64,000 bases of DNA. Origin: Octopus sinensis. Taxonomy: Eukaryota. Location: positions 177,134,001 through 177,198,000 of the forward strand of contig NC_042997.1 of NCBI RefSeq assembly GCF_006345805.1. Direction: 5' to 3'. A program made the translations under genes and the position numbers. The notes below the pieces were generated by a model. It had not been told where the DNA came from and did no database searches. It saw only the letters and a list, made by a program, of their open reading frames with translations. Positions 13,911 to 25,590 of the stretch are shown in pieces; position 1 is the first letter of the stretch; the number at the start of each line of letters is the position of its first letter.

Positions 13911-14294
13911 ATCTGAAGTTGATTGTCTATCAAATAAACTATCATTTAGTTCCAAGGAGCAGAGGAATATTTTCACACCCGATGCCAAATCTGTAACAGC
14001 TGTGGGGTGATACTTTTCAACGGAACATGGGCAAAAAATGGAGTTTCGAGGAAAGGTTAAATATAGAGATTAGTTTGGATTTTGGAGGAGAGACAGTTGG
14101 AATCACAGAACAAATACAGCACGTAAATTGGCACACTGTTAGCTAATTCAGAAGAGAAGAGAGGTGGAGGTAGGCAATTCGTTAGTTTAAAGAAGAAAAA
14201 GCCATTGAAGTCGCGGAAGAAGTGACAAATGATGGATAAAATACGTTGAGATACTAACGGTTATAGCTGCACATGGATGCCATATATATATATG

Positions 14295-14490
14295 TGACCT
14301 CGTGTGTACCGTTGGCGATTGTTTTCCCTCTGTCTTCCCTTCTCTGGATCTTTCTTTCTCCTATGTTTCCGACGAAGAGCTCCGCTCGAAACGTTAAATC
14401 CTCCTTCTTTCCTTCTCTCCTGAGCGTCCAATAATACTATATTTGTTCCACGTCCTCGCGTTGTGTTTTTTTGTGCTTTCTTGTTTGGAT

Positions 14491-14495
<5 letters not shown>
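14295..14495 (+). mobile_element. PLE terminal-repeat-like fragment in (TA)n containing a minimal hammerhead variant
   Basis: GTTT-CCGACGA-A-GAGCTCCGCTC-GAAA-CGTT-AAA at 14365-14398; flanked on both sides by (TA)n. Confidence 0.55.
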
Positions 14496-14522
<27 letters not shown>

Positions 14523-14830
14523 CCATAGAGCAGGTAGGTTGTTGCACCTGTTTTTTTATGGTTGAAAAGATTATTTCAAATCATATCTTGTGTATCACTT
14601 GAAGAGGTTTCCACTTTGTTTGCTCATGTTGAGCTACACATAAGCTATGTCATCTAGTCGTGCTCTATATTGAAGTCTTTTCAAAAATATAGAAGCACAT
14701 ACGTATTTCTGTGATATATACTTTTAACATGCATATATAATATATTATACACATACGCACGCAAATACACAAACGCATATATATATATATATTGTATGTA
14801 TGTACATATGTATGTATATATATATATATG

Positions 14831-14919
<89 letters not shown>

Positions 14920-15369
14920 TCGTATAATCGTTGATAGATGTTTTATCTATAACATTACTGGATGGTTGAATTCGTTTCGGTTGGCCGTGCATCTATTAAT
15001 CATAAATGAATGCATGGGTGGCCAAATCGATTCCATTCTGAACGACTAGTTGAAATACCGGCAGTCCAAACACAGCTTTATGTCGTTGACCAAGGCACGT
15101 ATCTCTCCATCATCGACTTTACTTAATCCGAAGTAGGTAATGCAAAATGATACAGACCACCGCTAAATGCAAACTCAAGTGATCCTTTGGTGCGCAATGT
15201 CAAGTTTAATCAGCCCAAAGCATACATTGATGAATGACCATTATATCCAGTGACATTAGTTTTCTTTCTTTCGTCTACTAAACGCTATGAAAATTTCAAC
15301 GATTCTCTAAATCTTGAGGATTCAGAAAGAGATTAAAATATCAGGTAGGGGTAACTTGTATTTCAACTA

Positions 15370-15832
15370 TTATCTTTTACTTGTTTTCATCATTGGACTG
15401 TGGCCACGATGGGACACCGCCCTGAAGGGTTTTGTCGAACAAACTGCCCTCGGTATATAAATGTTTTGTGAAGGGTGGTACTTACTCTATCGCCCTCTTT
15501 TGTTGGACCGTTAAACTATAGGCATGTAAACAAACAAGCAGCGGTTGTCAAACGGTGGTAGTGTTAGGTGACACAATTACAAAAACAAAGACATCAACAT
15601 ACACACACACACACACAACATACACACACACACGCACACACACACACTCACATGCTTACACATATACGACTGGATTCTTCACTGTTCCCATCTACCAAAT
15701 TCACTCACAGGGTATTGGTCTAACCGGATTATAGTAGAAGATACTTGCTCAAGGTGCCACGCAGTGGGACTGAACCCAAAGCCACATGGAGGCAAAGTGA
15801 GCTTTTTAACCACATAATCATGCCCGCGCCTA
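15370..15832 (-). mobile_element. Older SINE family A copy
   Basis: Reverse complement of head (..CAAGGTGCCACGCAGTGGGACTGAACCC..GCGCCTAT) and tail, with internal (CA)n. Confidence 0.85.
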
Positions 15833-16215
15833 TTTCTTACATTATTTGAATTTTTGGATGGGATGTAAGAGGGTTAAAGAATAATAAATGGAATCTGCAC
15901 AGTATATTACTGTCATTCATTCATTTGAGCTAGACGAAATGTTATATCTATCAGCAACACTTCTACAGAAGTCAGATATACCTTTACCTTTGGCAATTGA
16001 ATCATTAGTCTACCGAAGAACGTATGTATTGATCTTTCCACACCATTTCGTCATTTGTACCAAGTGTCAATATGTTTAAAGTTCGTAACTTAGATAAGTT
16101 TGTATGAAGCCGTAAGGGAGACATAAGTATTAATTAATGTTTACTCGTTCGATACATTCGCTGTATTAATATTGACAGAACCATATATATATATATATAA
16201 ATATACATATATATT

Positions 16216-16305
<90 letters not shown>

Positions 16306-16309
16306 GATG

Positions 16310-16364
<55 letters not shown>

Positions 16365-16384
16365 GATGTATGTATATATATATA

Positions 16385-16441
<57 letters not shown>

Positions 16442-16551
16442 TATATATGTATGTATATATTAATGTTTGTTTTTATAGCAAGTTATAAAATCAAGTTAAC
16501 ATCAAACTAGAAGATTACTCAATACCATACCATTTAGCTTAGTATTAACCT

Positions 16552-16657
16552 TATATAAGAGTGGTAACAGTGACAATGATGTTTCGGCTTGAAAGCCCTC
16601 ATCAGAAGTGTCTGATGAAGTCTAGCAAGTTTCGACGTCACTGTCACCTCACTTGTA
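16552..16657. ncRNA. Back-to-back hammerhead-like cores forming an imperfect palindrome
   Basis: Minus strand CUGAUGA-G-GGCU-UUCA-AGCC-GAAA-CA-UCAU-UG-UC (16605 to 16572); degenerate inverted copy TCTGATGA..GTCACTGTCACC on plus from 16611. Confidence 0.55.
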
Positions 16658-16879
16658 AAAATTTGATAAATACTTACATGCGCGTGTGTGTATGTATGTG
16701 TGTTTGTATGGCTATAAATGCTTGAGAATTCACCAAAGTTCGTTCAGTATGTTGACACATAATTAGATGAATGCACATCCACAGAGCGTAGAGTGCCGGA
16801 AGAAATGCAGCAAAGTTATTTTAATGGCGGTCTTATGAATTTGTAAATCAGCCCTTCCCATTGAATTACGAATATTTCT

Positions 16880-17292
16880 CTTTACTCTTTTAATCTTTAA
16901 CTTGTTTCAGTAATTTGACTGTGGCCATGCTGAAGCACTGCCTTTTAGTCGAGCAAATCGACCCCAGGACTTATTCTTTGTAAACCTAGTACTTATTCTA
17001 TCGTCTCCTTGCCGAACCGCTAAGTTGCGGGGACGTAAACATACCGGCATCGGTTGTCAAGTGATATTGCAGGGACAAACACAGACACACAAACATATAC
17101 ATACATATATATATATATACATATATACGACGGGCTTCTTTCAGTTTCTGTCTACCAAATCCACTCACAAGGCTTTGGTCGGCCCGAGGCTATGGTAGAA
17201 GACACTTGCCCAAGGTGCCACGCAGTGGGACTGAACCCGGAACCATGTGTTTGATAAGCAAGCTACTTACCACACATCCACTCCTGCGCCTA
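16880..17292 (-). mobile_element. Full-length SINE family A
   Basis: Near-consensus reverse-complement copy with internal (TA)n. Confidence 0.93.
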
Positions 17293-17689
17293 TTATATTA
17301 TAAATGATTTAAATGTTTCTAAAATAGAATGCTATTTTATTCCATAGTTTGTCAGTATCATAAAGAATACATATGTAATAGTTTCTAATATAGGTACAAG
17401 GTTTCATATTTTGGTATAAAGTAAATTATATGGAAACATAGTGCATGACTGACCCTTTATTTTATAAAACCAGAAAGGATACCACCACTCTCAATACACA
17501 CCCTATGTGTGTTAAATGATCTAAGTAGATTGGCTATATACACTTCTTAACTATGGTTGTTTAAGTTATCTCACTGGAATAATCTTAGGTAAAAAATTGG
17601 TTTCATAACAAGAGCATGCAAACTTATTCAGTTACATGTCAAAGCATTAGATTGTAAGGTTGTGTAACATGATATAAACATTGTATCTC

Positions 17690-18050
17690 TTGATTGAGAC
17701 ATCTTGCTTTTCCAATGCATGTTGGAAAATATGGAAGTAGGTTTCTTTGTGGCATACCTCTTCTACTTATCAACGTATCTTTCACCTACACTACGAGCCA
17801 TCTCTCCTCAGTAAGTTTCGTTAGGTTTCCGAACGTTTCGTCATGATACTTTATACGGTATACTGTTTCTAAAATTTGCAGCGGATATGTGATTTTGTGG
17901 AATACTTCTTGCCATCCTTTTTACAGTTTTGTACTTAAAGATTATTGATCTTTTGAATATACCAGCTTTAAGATTGAGATTATTTCTCAGAAAACTTTTT
18001 AAAACTGTTTGCTGCTTCAATGGGCTTCTATCATCATTACGTTAATAAAT
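17690..18050 (-). mobile_element. Degraded PLE GIY-YIG endonuclease region
   Basis: Minus-strand IPYKVS*RNVRKPNETY*GEMARSVGERY resembles VYxIxC...YIGETxRxLxER. Confidence 0.4.
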
Positions 18051-18529
18051 TTTTCTTATGTATGAAAATAAGCTTTTTGGTCAGTGTAAGGTCAGCCCTT
18101 CTTGGCCAGTACTGTAACCAAATGTACTTCAGCTATAACCAGCCGATCTCTCTATATATCTAAAATTACATTCACCAAGGTGTCCTTCGTTTTTTTGAAA
18201 CGAGTAGGGGATGACTTAAGGGAATTTGGTTGCTATGACTAGCAAGCAGAATAAATTCATAGAGGTGTTTCCATTGTTTTGTGCTTCATGATGTTTTTTT
18301 TTCTTGGGTCCAGGTCAGTCCTCGTCGAGTTGTTTTTAAACACAAATATATTTTCTCGAATATAGAAAAATATAGAAATTCATTGAAAGAGCGAACACAG
18401 GAACAAAACGATTTCTGAGATGAGATACAAAAGAGAACAAAAAAAGGACATAATAAAAACAAACTCTCTCAAAGGCTCGTTAGAACAAAGCTCAACATCA
18501 CAAACGCACGCACATACACACACACACAT

Positions 18530-18800
18530 AGTGAAGGCGCGTGACCTTGTGGTTAGGCTGCAGCACTCATGATCGCTAGATCGTGGGTTCGATTCCCTGA
18601 TTGGGCGGCGTGTTGTGTTCTAGAGCAAAACACTTCATTTCACGTTGCTCCAGTTCCCCTTTCGATCAGGAAGGAATGTTAGCCTGCTCTCCTAACCAGT
18701 GGGGTCGCGTCACATAAAGGCTAAAACATTACAAAACTCATTGTGACCAGCGATGTCTAACAACATCTGTTAGCCTAGTCGGCCACGTGATCATATGATA
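18530..18800 (+). mobile_element. tRNA-derived SINE family D
   Basis: GAAGGCGCGTGACCTTGTGGTTAG head, B-box GGGTTCGATTCC, GAGCAAAACACTTCATTTCACGTTGCTCCAG core shared with 39600-39863 and 54125-54410. Confidence 0.8.
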
Positions 18801-18919
18801 TATATATATATATATATATAAATATAGTGTAATAAATAAAATATATGCATACATACAAACATATATGTACGTACCTACATCTACATGTATATATACATGC
18901 ATATATAAATATATATACG

Positions 18920-19170
18920 TGTGTACAGGACACCACAAATAGACGTAGAACTCAACGAGAAACGAAAAAGTAAAAACAGCATGGAACGGACCATTTTTTA
19001 ACAACGAAAAAACAGAGTACAAGACAACTACACAAGGAAAAATCCCCTTCATCAGCTGTCCCTAGTTCAACTCCAGCGTGTTTCGAAGGTGAGGACAGAA
19101 CACATCTCGTCGAACTAGTCCTTCATGCGAAAGAATTAAATAAAATTCCTTTGCAGAGAGGTAAAAACAA
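18920..19170 (-). mobile_element. Short interspersed repeat carrying a permuted hammerhead-like motif (paralog of 4610-4838)
   Basis: Alignment with 4610-4838; located in a TA-rich microsatellite context. Confidence 0.7.
19043..19118 (-). ncRNA. Candidate hammerhead ribozyme with non-canonical (pseudoknotted) strand order
   Basis: Minus strand: CUAGUUCGAC-gaga-UGUGUU-CUGUCC-uca-CCUUC-GAAA-CACG-cugga-GUUGAACUAG-GGACAG-CUGAUGA-AGGGG; intact CUGAUGA, GAAA and GUU triplet; helices covary with the 4.7 kb copy. Confidence 0.55.
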
Positions 19171-19784
19171 GAAAAGAATGTGACAAAAACAGGACGTAAA
19201 AACAATACAATTAAAAACAAATACAAAATAAAAATACAATTACAAAAAATACAGTACAAGAAGGAATATATATATATATACACCATTTAGTTTTGGGGAT
19301 GGAGCTAAGTAACGTCTAATAAGACAACGGAGATGCCGTTTGATGGATATTTTTAGGACCGCAAAGGGTTTTTACAATGACAGTCCACTTATTGTATTGG
19401 GTAATTTCTTTTGAAATGGCGTCGTTTTCTTAATTCAATAACTTCGTTTAGGAGGAGCAATTGTTTGTTTGCTTTCGTTGATTTTTTTTTTAGTATTTTT
19501 TGTTATATATTTATATTAGTCCAGAAATAGCTTAACCTTATTCTCTGGACATTGAAGGATTGGTATTATTGATTTGTTCAAAATTGTTCTTGAAAAGAAC
19601 TACAATAGCAGCAGGAGCAGTTTCTGCAACAGCAGCGGCTGCAGTCGCAGCAACAATAGCTACAAGAATAATTTCGTTTCCGAAGAGAACGCAGCCAGAA
19701 GCAACAACACGAGTAAAAGTATCAATTTTTGCAGCAGCAGCAACAGCAGCAGCACTAACAAGCCTACAAGAGATCCTCCAAGTA

Positions 19785-19900
19785 GTCGCTCAGCCTGCTA
19801 GAAATTGTGATCTAATCTCTCACAGATCGCACCCTTTCGTCTTAAAAATGGAAGGACATATTAGAAATTGTACTCTAAAAATGAATAATCTACGTCTAAA
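19785..19900 (+). repeat. Unclassified old interspersed repeat (CTGCTAGAAATAGCAGCCAAATCTCYCTCAAATC..CCCTACCGTC-like)
   Basis: Related degenerate copies near 18150-18270(-), 29055-29160, 36205-36400, 37720-37810, 39545-39595 and 63135-63330. Confidence 0.6.
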
Positions 19901-19954
19901 GGGAAGTACGTTTAGAGTACTATCGATCATAAATATGGACGAATAGTAACACAC

Positions 19955-20181
19955 TCTTACTCTTTTACTTGTTTCACTCATTTGACTGTGGTCATGCTGG
20001 AGCACCGCCTTTAGTCGAGCAAATCGGCCCCTGGACTTATTGTTTGGAAGCCTAGTATTTATTCTATCGGTTTCTTTTGCCGAACTGCTATGTTACGGGG
20101 ATGTAAACACACCACCATCGGTTGTCCAGCGATCTTGCAGGGACAAACACAGACACACAAACATATAAACACACACACACT

Positions 20182-20240
<59 letters not shown>

Positions 20241-20403
20241 CGAAGGGCTTCTTTCAGTTTCCGTCTACTAAATCCACAAGGCTTTAGTTGGCCCGAGGCT
20301 ATAGTAGAAGACACTTGCCTCCAAGATGCCACGCAGTGGGAATGAATCCCGGAACCATGTGGTTGGTAAGCAATCCACATATCACACAGCCACTCCTGCG
20401 CCT
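19955..20403 (-). mobile_element. Full-length SINE family A
   Basis: Reverse-complement head ..CACACAGCCACTCCTGCGCC and tail; internal (CA)n(TA)n. Confidence 0.92.
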
Positions 20404-21319
20404 GGGGATAAAAACAACAACGATATGAAAATATTATGATAAGAGTAAAATTGAACAATAATGTTGTTATGACTGAAATAGATGACGCCTCTCACTCGAA
20501 AATGTTTACTCTTTTTCCTGCAAAAAAAAAAAAAACCGAGAACACGCACTACTCCCCTTGAAGCGGTATCTAGCTGCATATGTGTATCTAACTGCATAAA
20601 TGTAATTTAAGGCTTTAGGAAAGTTTTACTCATCGTTGCACATATTATTTATAATTCTGTTATAACTTTTATTAATATAGAAGGGTAAGCTGTAGTTTTC
20701 TGTATCTTTTCTAGATTTCAAATTTTTAAAAACTGCTTTTGTAAAACTTTCCACACAACGGGAATAATTAATATCTTAATTCCATACGAAGAAGAGCGCA
20801 TATATTTCATAATTTTAGTTCGATCTCTAGCGTACCCCGCTGCCCAGTGTACTGAGCAGCGCAGGGTGACGATAGAGCCAAATACTCTAATGTACCATAA
20901 AATTACAATGATCGAGTGTTTGAACACTTGGTCAGTGGTTCTCAAAGTCAGAACTACTCCAAGTATCTATCACGTCCTACATTTCTTTATTAATGAGAAT
21001 ATTATATGTGTTCATGGTTGGTTGGCATCCTTTTTGTCTCGGGAGACAATGGAATTGCGCATAAAGTAGTCTAGTCCGGCTTTTATATTTCATGTCCTGA
21101 TACATTTCCTGCTGTGGATGTGTAGTCCTATCCTGGACAAACACTCCCTCTGGCAGTTTCTTGTTGACGTATTTTCTTGTCTTTCCATTTCTCCTCTCTC
21201 TGTCTCTGTCACTCCTTTGTATTCCCTCTCTTATATCTGTTCATATAATTGTTGCTTTTTTCTTTATCAGGATATCAAACTTTTAAGCTTGCACAAACTT
21301 AATTTGTTTTCATTACTAA

Positions 21320-21740
21320 GCATGGCACTAGCAGAATCGTTACCACGCCGGATAAAACGTTTAGCAGTATTTCTTCTGGCTTTACGTTCTGAGTTCAAAT
21401 GACGCCGAAATAGTTTGCGTCTTTTATCGTTTCGGGGTCGATAAAATAAATACCAGTTGAGAATTGCAGTTGACGTAATCGATTCCCCACCTCAAAATTT
21501 CTGGCCTTTTGCCAGATATTAGAAAGACTTATCATGGCAAAAGAGGCAATATGGCAGATTTGTCGGCACGGCGGAGAAAACGTTCAGTGGCATTTCATCT
21601 CGCTTTATATTCTGAGTTCAACTGTCGCCGAAGTCCACTTTGCATTTCATTCTTTCGGGGTCGATAAAATAAGTGCTGTTGAAACACTTATCGACTAGTA
21701 CCCTCCACCAAAATTTCAAGTTTTGTGTGTATAGTGGAAA
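21320..21740 (+). mobile_element. Two older SINE B copies
   Basis: TTCTGAGTTCAA and TTTCGGGGTCGATAAAATAA motifs each occur twice. Confidence 0.8.
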
Positions 21741-23339
21741 TAATTATTACACAATGCGATTTCTGAAACTTCTTTTCAATCCTCCAGGCTCCCTTTGCAG
21801 GAAAAGTACTGTTCTTGGTAATGGGAGCACATTTAAAGTATTGACAGAGTATTGTTTTATTGCGGCAAATCTTACGTAAATAAATTCGCAGACGCAGGCA
21901 TTTGGTGATATAGCAGAAAAAATTGTATTCTTTTACGTTTGAAAATTAATTGTCAGAGAGTCGGATGGATGAAATAAATATCAGAGATGCTTTTCCTCAA
22001 GAAGAAACTGCAAGCGCTTCTAAATCTATTGCAATGCTGGACTCACTTTCGTAACGTCAGCAGATATCTCAGTGTCACAAGCATTTCACGTCTTAGCTTG
22101 TACGCTTTACTTTAGTGGGATAGCAAGGACTAAGCTAGACCTCACTTACGGAAGGTCTCCGCTTGTGGTCTCTTATCAATCATAGCCATCTTGTGCTAGT
22201 TTTATCTATTCCCTTCATGGCTTTCTTCATTGTCTGGGGTTCATACATATCTTCACTGCATTCATTTCGACCGCATGTGTTCTGAGTCCAAATCTCATCA
22301 AGCCCGACTTTGTCATTCATCCAAAAATATACTGGTCATTCAAGGCTGAAATTTAGAGTGATGGGTTGAAAGAATATATAGAGCGACGACCGAGTTTCCC
22401 TACGGCATCTGTCGAAGCTCTTTGCGTTCTGAGTTCAAATTCCACTTTGGTTTTAATGGCCAGGACTCATCAACCGGCAGAGAGAATCCTGTGTAGCCTG
22501 CAGTTATCCATCATTATCGCTTCAGCCTTGTGTTATTTGTTCCGGATCACTATGTTCTTAGTTCAAATCCTACCAAAGTAACTTCACCTTTCATTCTTCT
22601 GAGATGGGTAAAGTTAATAGTCTGGGCCGGTTGGTTAACAGAGTTGGTAGAGCGCTGTACAAGAAGCTTTGTGATATATGCTTCAGCATTTTGCGTTCTA
22701 ATTCTTGGATAGTACACACCACTTAACGCTTCGCCAAATCCTTGGGTTCCTTAAGCCAAGCTTACTTTAATTGCATGCATTCGAGTCAGATCTCAGTTTA
22801 AGGATAAATTCTAATCTTCTTGAAAACTTAAGGCTACTGGGCGTTACCAGTCTGTTTCTGACTAAAGAGTAACGCGCACACGTGCGCGAATACGCTGACA
22901 CAGGCACACAGGCACCCACCATCACGTACAAACACTCACACACCACTACCAACGATAACACAACCATCACCCCAATAAAAATGATCTGTGTGTCTGTCTG
23001 ACTCATTGTCTCTCTCACACACGCACCCAGTGTAAATATAAACAGCTGAGTAAAGCTGACCGTTGGCCACACTGCTAAAAGCAAAGCAAAACGTGAGCGT
23101 GATATTGCAAAGGAGATTTAATCGTTGCCAATAAGATCAGAGGGATGTGATGAAAGAACTCTAGCAAATCAACTAATAAATTAATTAGTATCAACTTAAT
23201 GGTTATTTATATAATTAATTGATTACTAGCGGGACCCGCGAATATTTCACGGAATTAATGGTAAACCTGTTGGGTTATTTCTGAAAACTTTATCCAAAAA
23301 AACTGAAAGTATAGCCTGTGTTGTGTCAGTATGGAAAGA

Positions 23340-24019
23340 TAGTCGCTCATCTGCTACTCATCTGGTGGTCGGAAATAAGGTAAAGGTTGACTCGTCCAAG
23401 AAAATAACATTCTTCCACTGCTCTAGGGACCGATTCTGTAGGTTTTTACTCCACTCTAATGCCTTGCAACGTTTGTTTTTGAAAGTAATGGTTTTCTGAT
23501 TGCAGCCCTCCTATGAATTGTGCAGCTCCCGGCGAACAGTTTTTGTGGAAACTGCATTCTCGAGGTTGTCATTAAGCTCTGCAGTAATTTTCGGAGCTGT
23601 ACTATTATGATCCTTTCTAACAATTCGCGTAAGAGTCTGACGGTCCCTATCTGAAAGTTTTGCTTTTCTTCCGGAGTTTTGTTTCGACGAAAAGGTTTTT
23701 CCCTCGTTCTCAAAGACTGTCATTACTTTCGAGATAGTACTTCTTGATACACCAAACATTTCGGCTGTTTTCGTTACTCTAGCGCCTGTCATACGAGCAG
23801 CAACAATTTCACCTCTGTGAAAGTCTGATATATCTGTCGTTTTAATGATTTTTTTTTTACCATTTTCTTATGATATCTGCAAAGAAACAGCAATTTTTGC
23901 AAAATATATTAAGCAACACTAATAATAAATCTGAAAACATAAAAATAAAGATTCTTTTGACGGTTTTATAGATATTTCAAAATTATGATACTAGGTGTTT
24001 CCCCTATTTTGTCCAACCC

Positions 24020-24022
<3 letters not shown>
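23340..24022 (-). mobile_element. Truncated Tc1 element (TIR plus N-terminal transposase)
   Basis: TIR CAGGGGTTGGACAAAATA next to (TA)n; ORF 23511..23792 is a paired HTH region (GRKAKLSDRDRQTL..VSTKTVRREL); downstream WKNVIFLDESTF (first catalytic D). Confidence 0.92.
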
Positions 24023-24075
<53 letters not shown>

Positions 24076-24080
<5 letters not shown>

Positions 24081-25162
24081 ACTCTCCCGTCGGGTTTCGA
24101 CGTATGAGGATCTGGCAACCTACTCTTTCTTTGCCAGTCATAATGCTTATGGCGAAAGTGACATTTAAGTCATGCCAACAATTTGCAAAGAAGCCCACAG
24201 ATGTTGCAAGTATGAGAATTACAGGTCAGAGCAGGTGTTATATTTACAGCCGCCTTTCACCTTTGCCTTGCACCCCGAAGCCTGTTAATGCTGGTTGCAA
24301 CAAAGTTTCTTATACCATTTTGACACAACAATCTCCATTTTGTTCGCCCCAAGGCTGTTTGATCAAAGGTATTGTGAACTATATTGACTATTGAGAGGTT
24401 ACTCTTCAGCTTATTCTTATATATGAGCCATGGTCGACCAACATTCCTGCACCCACTATCAAGCTAGTTGTACATGAAGACTTTGGGTATTCTCTCATCA
24501 TTCATTCTGACGACATGGCCAGCCCAGCACAACTGTGACTGCATAAGGAAGCTCTTGATTCCACCAATCTTACACTTGCTAAACCGATCGGCATTAGAAA
24601 CTCTGTCTTTTAGTGAATATCTGCAGATTGTCCTGAGACAGCCTGTGAGGAAGACGTCTAGTTGGTTAATGCGCCGTATATAGGATGTCCACGATTCTGA
24701 GCCATACAAGAGAGTAGTAAGAATGGCATCTTTATAGACCTGTACTTTGACGTTAAGTTTGATGCCCCATTCATTTCATAAGTGATGACGGAGTTTGCCA
24801 AATGCGTTGGTTGCTTTTGCAAGACGGTTAACGGTTTCATCATGAAGGGAAGCACTCGTGTTCCCTTTCCTACCAAAATATGAAAATGACTCCATATACT
24901 TTAGGTTTATTCCATCAACCTGTATAGGAGTGTCAGGGAAATTGTGAACCGGTGACCTCAACTTGACACATCGAATTTGCTTAGGAGTAGGACAACGTTG
25001 GTGGATCACTCCCGTCTTCTCTATGCTGATGATCAAGCTAAAGACTTTACATGCATCAGAAAACCGGTCTAGAAGTTTAGTAACTTTCTTTATGTGGAAT
25101 CGCGTGACGAAACAAATATTGTTGCTGTATTCTGGGAGATTCATACAGCAAATATGACACAT
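24076..25162 (-). mobile_element. 5'-truncated RTE-clade LINE (RT C-terminus, C2H2 finger, 3' end)
   Basis: LLDRFSDACKVFSLIISIEKT, YGSESWT, QLCWAGHVVRMNDERIPK and terminal HTCNICG..KCHFRHKH; frameshifted. Confidence 0.93.
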
Positions 25163-25387
25163 GCATCAGTTGTATTTCATTTCAGCCTTATAACCAATTA
25201 ATTAAATCAATAACCATTAAGTTGATATTAATTAAGTGATTAGTTGATTCGTTAGAGTTCTTTCATCACGTCCTCTGATCTTATTGGCGACAATTAAACC
25301 TCCTCTATAATATTACACTCACGGTTTGCTTTGCTTTTAGCAGTGTGACCAACGGTCAATTTTACTCAGCTGTTTATATATATATAT

Positions 25388-25497
<110 letters not shown>

Positions 25498-25550
25498 GTA
25501 TATCCATATATATAAGTACGTATGCAGGTATGCGGTATACACACATACAA

Positions 25551-25590
<40 letters not shown>

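Larger units (their letters stand above)
23037..25377. mobile_element. ~190 bp inverted repeats (23037-23225 and 25191-25377) enclosing Tc1 and RTE fragments
   Basis: TATAAACAGCTGAGTAAA..CACACTGCTAAAAGCAAAGCAAA..CCAATAAGATCAGAGG..GTGATGAAAGAACTCTA matches the reverse complement of 25191-25377; TA at both outer ends. Confidence 0.85.
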
